Assembly: GCA_964458045.1 (NCBI GenBank)
Contig: CAYWHV010000001.1
Coordinates: forward strand, 1 to 36,344
Reading direction: 5' to 3'
DNA from: an uncultured Methanospirillum sp.
GTDB lineage: Archaea > Halobacteriota > Methanomicrobia > Methanomicrobiales > Methanospirillaceae
DNA length: 36,344 nt
Shown here: in pieces, positions 35,046-36,344 of the stretch
How positions within the stretch are numbered: the stretch's first letter is position 1
How the letters are laid out: every line of letters starts with the position of its first letter
Made by a program: the position numbers and the translations under genes
The notes under the pieces: model-generated
What the model saw: the letters and a program-made list of their open reading frames with translations, nothing else
Told to the model about the DNA's origin: nothing
Database searches by the model: none

Positions 35046-35625
35046 TACATATTGCAATTATAAGAACAGATATCCAGATAAATCCTGACAGGCCTCCGAG
35101 AACAAGGACCAGAACGGTTTCAGGCCGGCCAAAAAATCCGATTCCTTCAAGGGGATCATCAATCTTTCCTTCTTTTCGTTCGGTAAACCCTATTTCGGCA
35201 TAGGTCACGGGTTTTATGAATGTGTTCATCATCGACCCGATTATGGCAACTGCCACGATACCAAAATCCCAGACCGGAGAGACTTTTAAGAGTCCGGAGA
35301 TAATGGGAATTCCTGAAAGACCAACCCCAAGAAGGACGATTGTGTCAACATATTTATCTGCAATCCAGTCAAAAACCGCTCCGAACGGGGTTTCCCTTCC
35401 GGTCATACGGGCCACTGAGCCATCGATAAGATCAAGGATTGCCGAACAGAACAGAAATAGGCTGCCGATAAAATACGAGTGAAAAATATAGGATACTGAG
35501 CAGATACAGCCGGTCAGAATAGATAATATCGTGATAGTGTTGGGAGACAACCCGGCCTTTTTGCATATTTCTGCTATCGGCTCGAGATACCTGATAAACT
35601 TGTACCGAAATGCAGTAATATTCAT
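34993..35625 (-). CDS. CDP-alcohol phosphatidyltransferase (archaetidylinositol-phosphate synthase-like)
   Basis: SPNTIT and DLIDGSVAR...FGAVFDWIADKYVD family signature. ATG 35625. Confidence 0.9.
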   Translation of the reverse strand: MNITAFRYKFIRYLEPIAEICKKAGLSPNTITILSILTGCICSVSYIFHSYFIGSLFLFCSAILDLIDGSVARMTGRETPFGAVFDWIADKYVDTIVLLGVGLSGIPIISGLLKVSPVWDFGIVAVAIIGSMMNTFIKPVTYAEIGFTERKEGKIDDPLEGIGFFGRPETVLVLVLGGLSGFIWISVLIIAICTNLSALQRIVYLYRRYS

Positions 35626-35781
35626 TCTTCGCTCAGTCGTTGATAATGATATGTGATATTTCTGCCGATGGAAGTGCTCCCTTTCCAAAGCTCCTGATGA
35701 ACTTTCCTCTATGAGATCGTAAAATCAATTCAAATCTCACAGTATATATTAGTCCTGCTCCATCAAACAGTACTGCTACAT

Positions 35782-36344
35782 ATGTCCGACCATCTCAATC
35801 GCCCTTATGTCACCCTTGTATCAGAAGTGACCATTGATGGAAAACTCACGGTTACCAGGGGCGCTTCATCCAAGCTCCTGATGCAGTTTATGTCTCATGA
35901 GGCAGAAGTTCTGCTTCATCAGATTCGGGCTGATTCTGATGCAATTATGGTCGGAGCGAATACCATCCGGATAGACAACTCTTTTCTCACCGTCAGACAT
36001 GTTGAGGGAAAAAATCCAATCCGGGTCATCCCGTCTTCAAACGCGGATATTTCCACGGATGCAAACATCCTCTCACCTGATGCGCCAACCATTATTGCGG
36101 TATCCGCCCGTGCTGATAAGGAAAAATGTACAGCATTAGCAGAAAAGGGTGCTCACATTGAGATCTGTGGTGAGGATTTGGTAGACCTCCCTGCCCTGAT
36201 GCGATTACTCTACGAGAAATATAATGTAAAATCCCTGATGATTGAAGGTGGGTCAACCCTGAACGGAAACATGTTCCAGGAAGATCTTATCGATGAACTT
36301 CTGCTCATTCATCTTCCCTTCATAGCCGGTGGAGAGGATACCCC
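35782..36344 (+). CDS. RibD C-terminal-type pyrimidine reductase (riboflavin/F420 precursor pathway-like), truncated by window end
   Basis: Manual translation: MSDHLNRPYVTLVSEVTIDGKL...IRADSDAIMVGANTIRIDNSFLTVR...LMIEGGSTLN...LIDEL. No stop before the window end. Confidence 0.85.
   Translation, partial: MSDHLNRPYVTLVSEVTIDGKLTVTRGASSKLLMQFMSHEAEVLLHQIRADSDAIMVGANTIRIDNSFLTVRHVEGKNPIRVIPSSNADISTDANILSPDAPTIIAVSARADKEKCTALAEKGAHIEICGEDLVDLPALMRLLYEKYNVKSLMIEGGSTLNGNMFQEDLIDELLLIHLPFIAGGEDT

Noticed and set aside
1-36344. CRISPR array, rRNA, or selenocysteine/pyrrolysine read-through
   Set aside because: I found no regularly spaced repeats or rRNA-like tracts, and no recognised gene appears interrupted by an in-frame TGA or TAG.

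Overview
This window is archaeal chromosome from a hydrogenotrophic methanogen. Gene content and style suggest Methanomicrobiales, probably Methanospirillum-like; that assignment is inferred. It is gene-dense and mostly housekeeping, with about 41 CDS and one tRNA-Gly(CCC). I saw no transposase, integrase or CRISPR array. Main blocks in order: an RND/MMPL exporter plus COG1361 S-layer-type gene divergent from an HTH-PAS regulator; PEGA, desulfoferrodoxin and TPR genes; a tandem pair of degenerate TMEM175-like channels; an AglJ-like glycosyltransferase; glnA divergent from a split glutamate synthase operon with an FrhB-like F420-binding subunit; a radical SAM gene coupled to uppS, with a convergent second cis-prenyltransferase-like gene; dph5/DUF357, hisE and a stand-alone nusA; fprA-prk-cfbC(nifH-like); methanogenesis marker 14; a GATase plus split YeeE pair; TFS; archaeosortase A; a CDP-alcohol phosphatidyltransferase; and a truncated RibD-type reductase. 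The most notable observations are the probable F420-linked glutamate synthase, a DHDDS/NgBR-like complementary cis-prenyltransferase pair with a coupled radical SAM enzyme, the complementary TMEM175 pair with a slippery junction, an unannotated 25-aa membrane microprotein with its own promoter signals, two HiPIP-like 4-Cys small proteins, and reactivase-like motifs in marker protein 14. All functional hypotheses come from motif reading, not from database searches.
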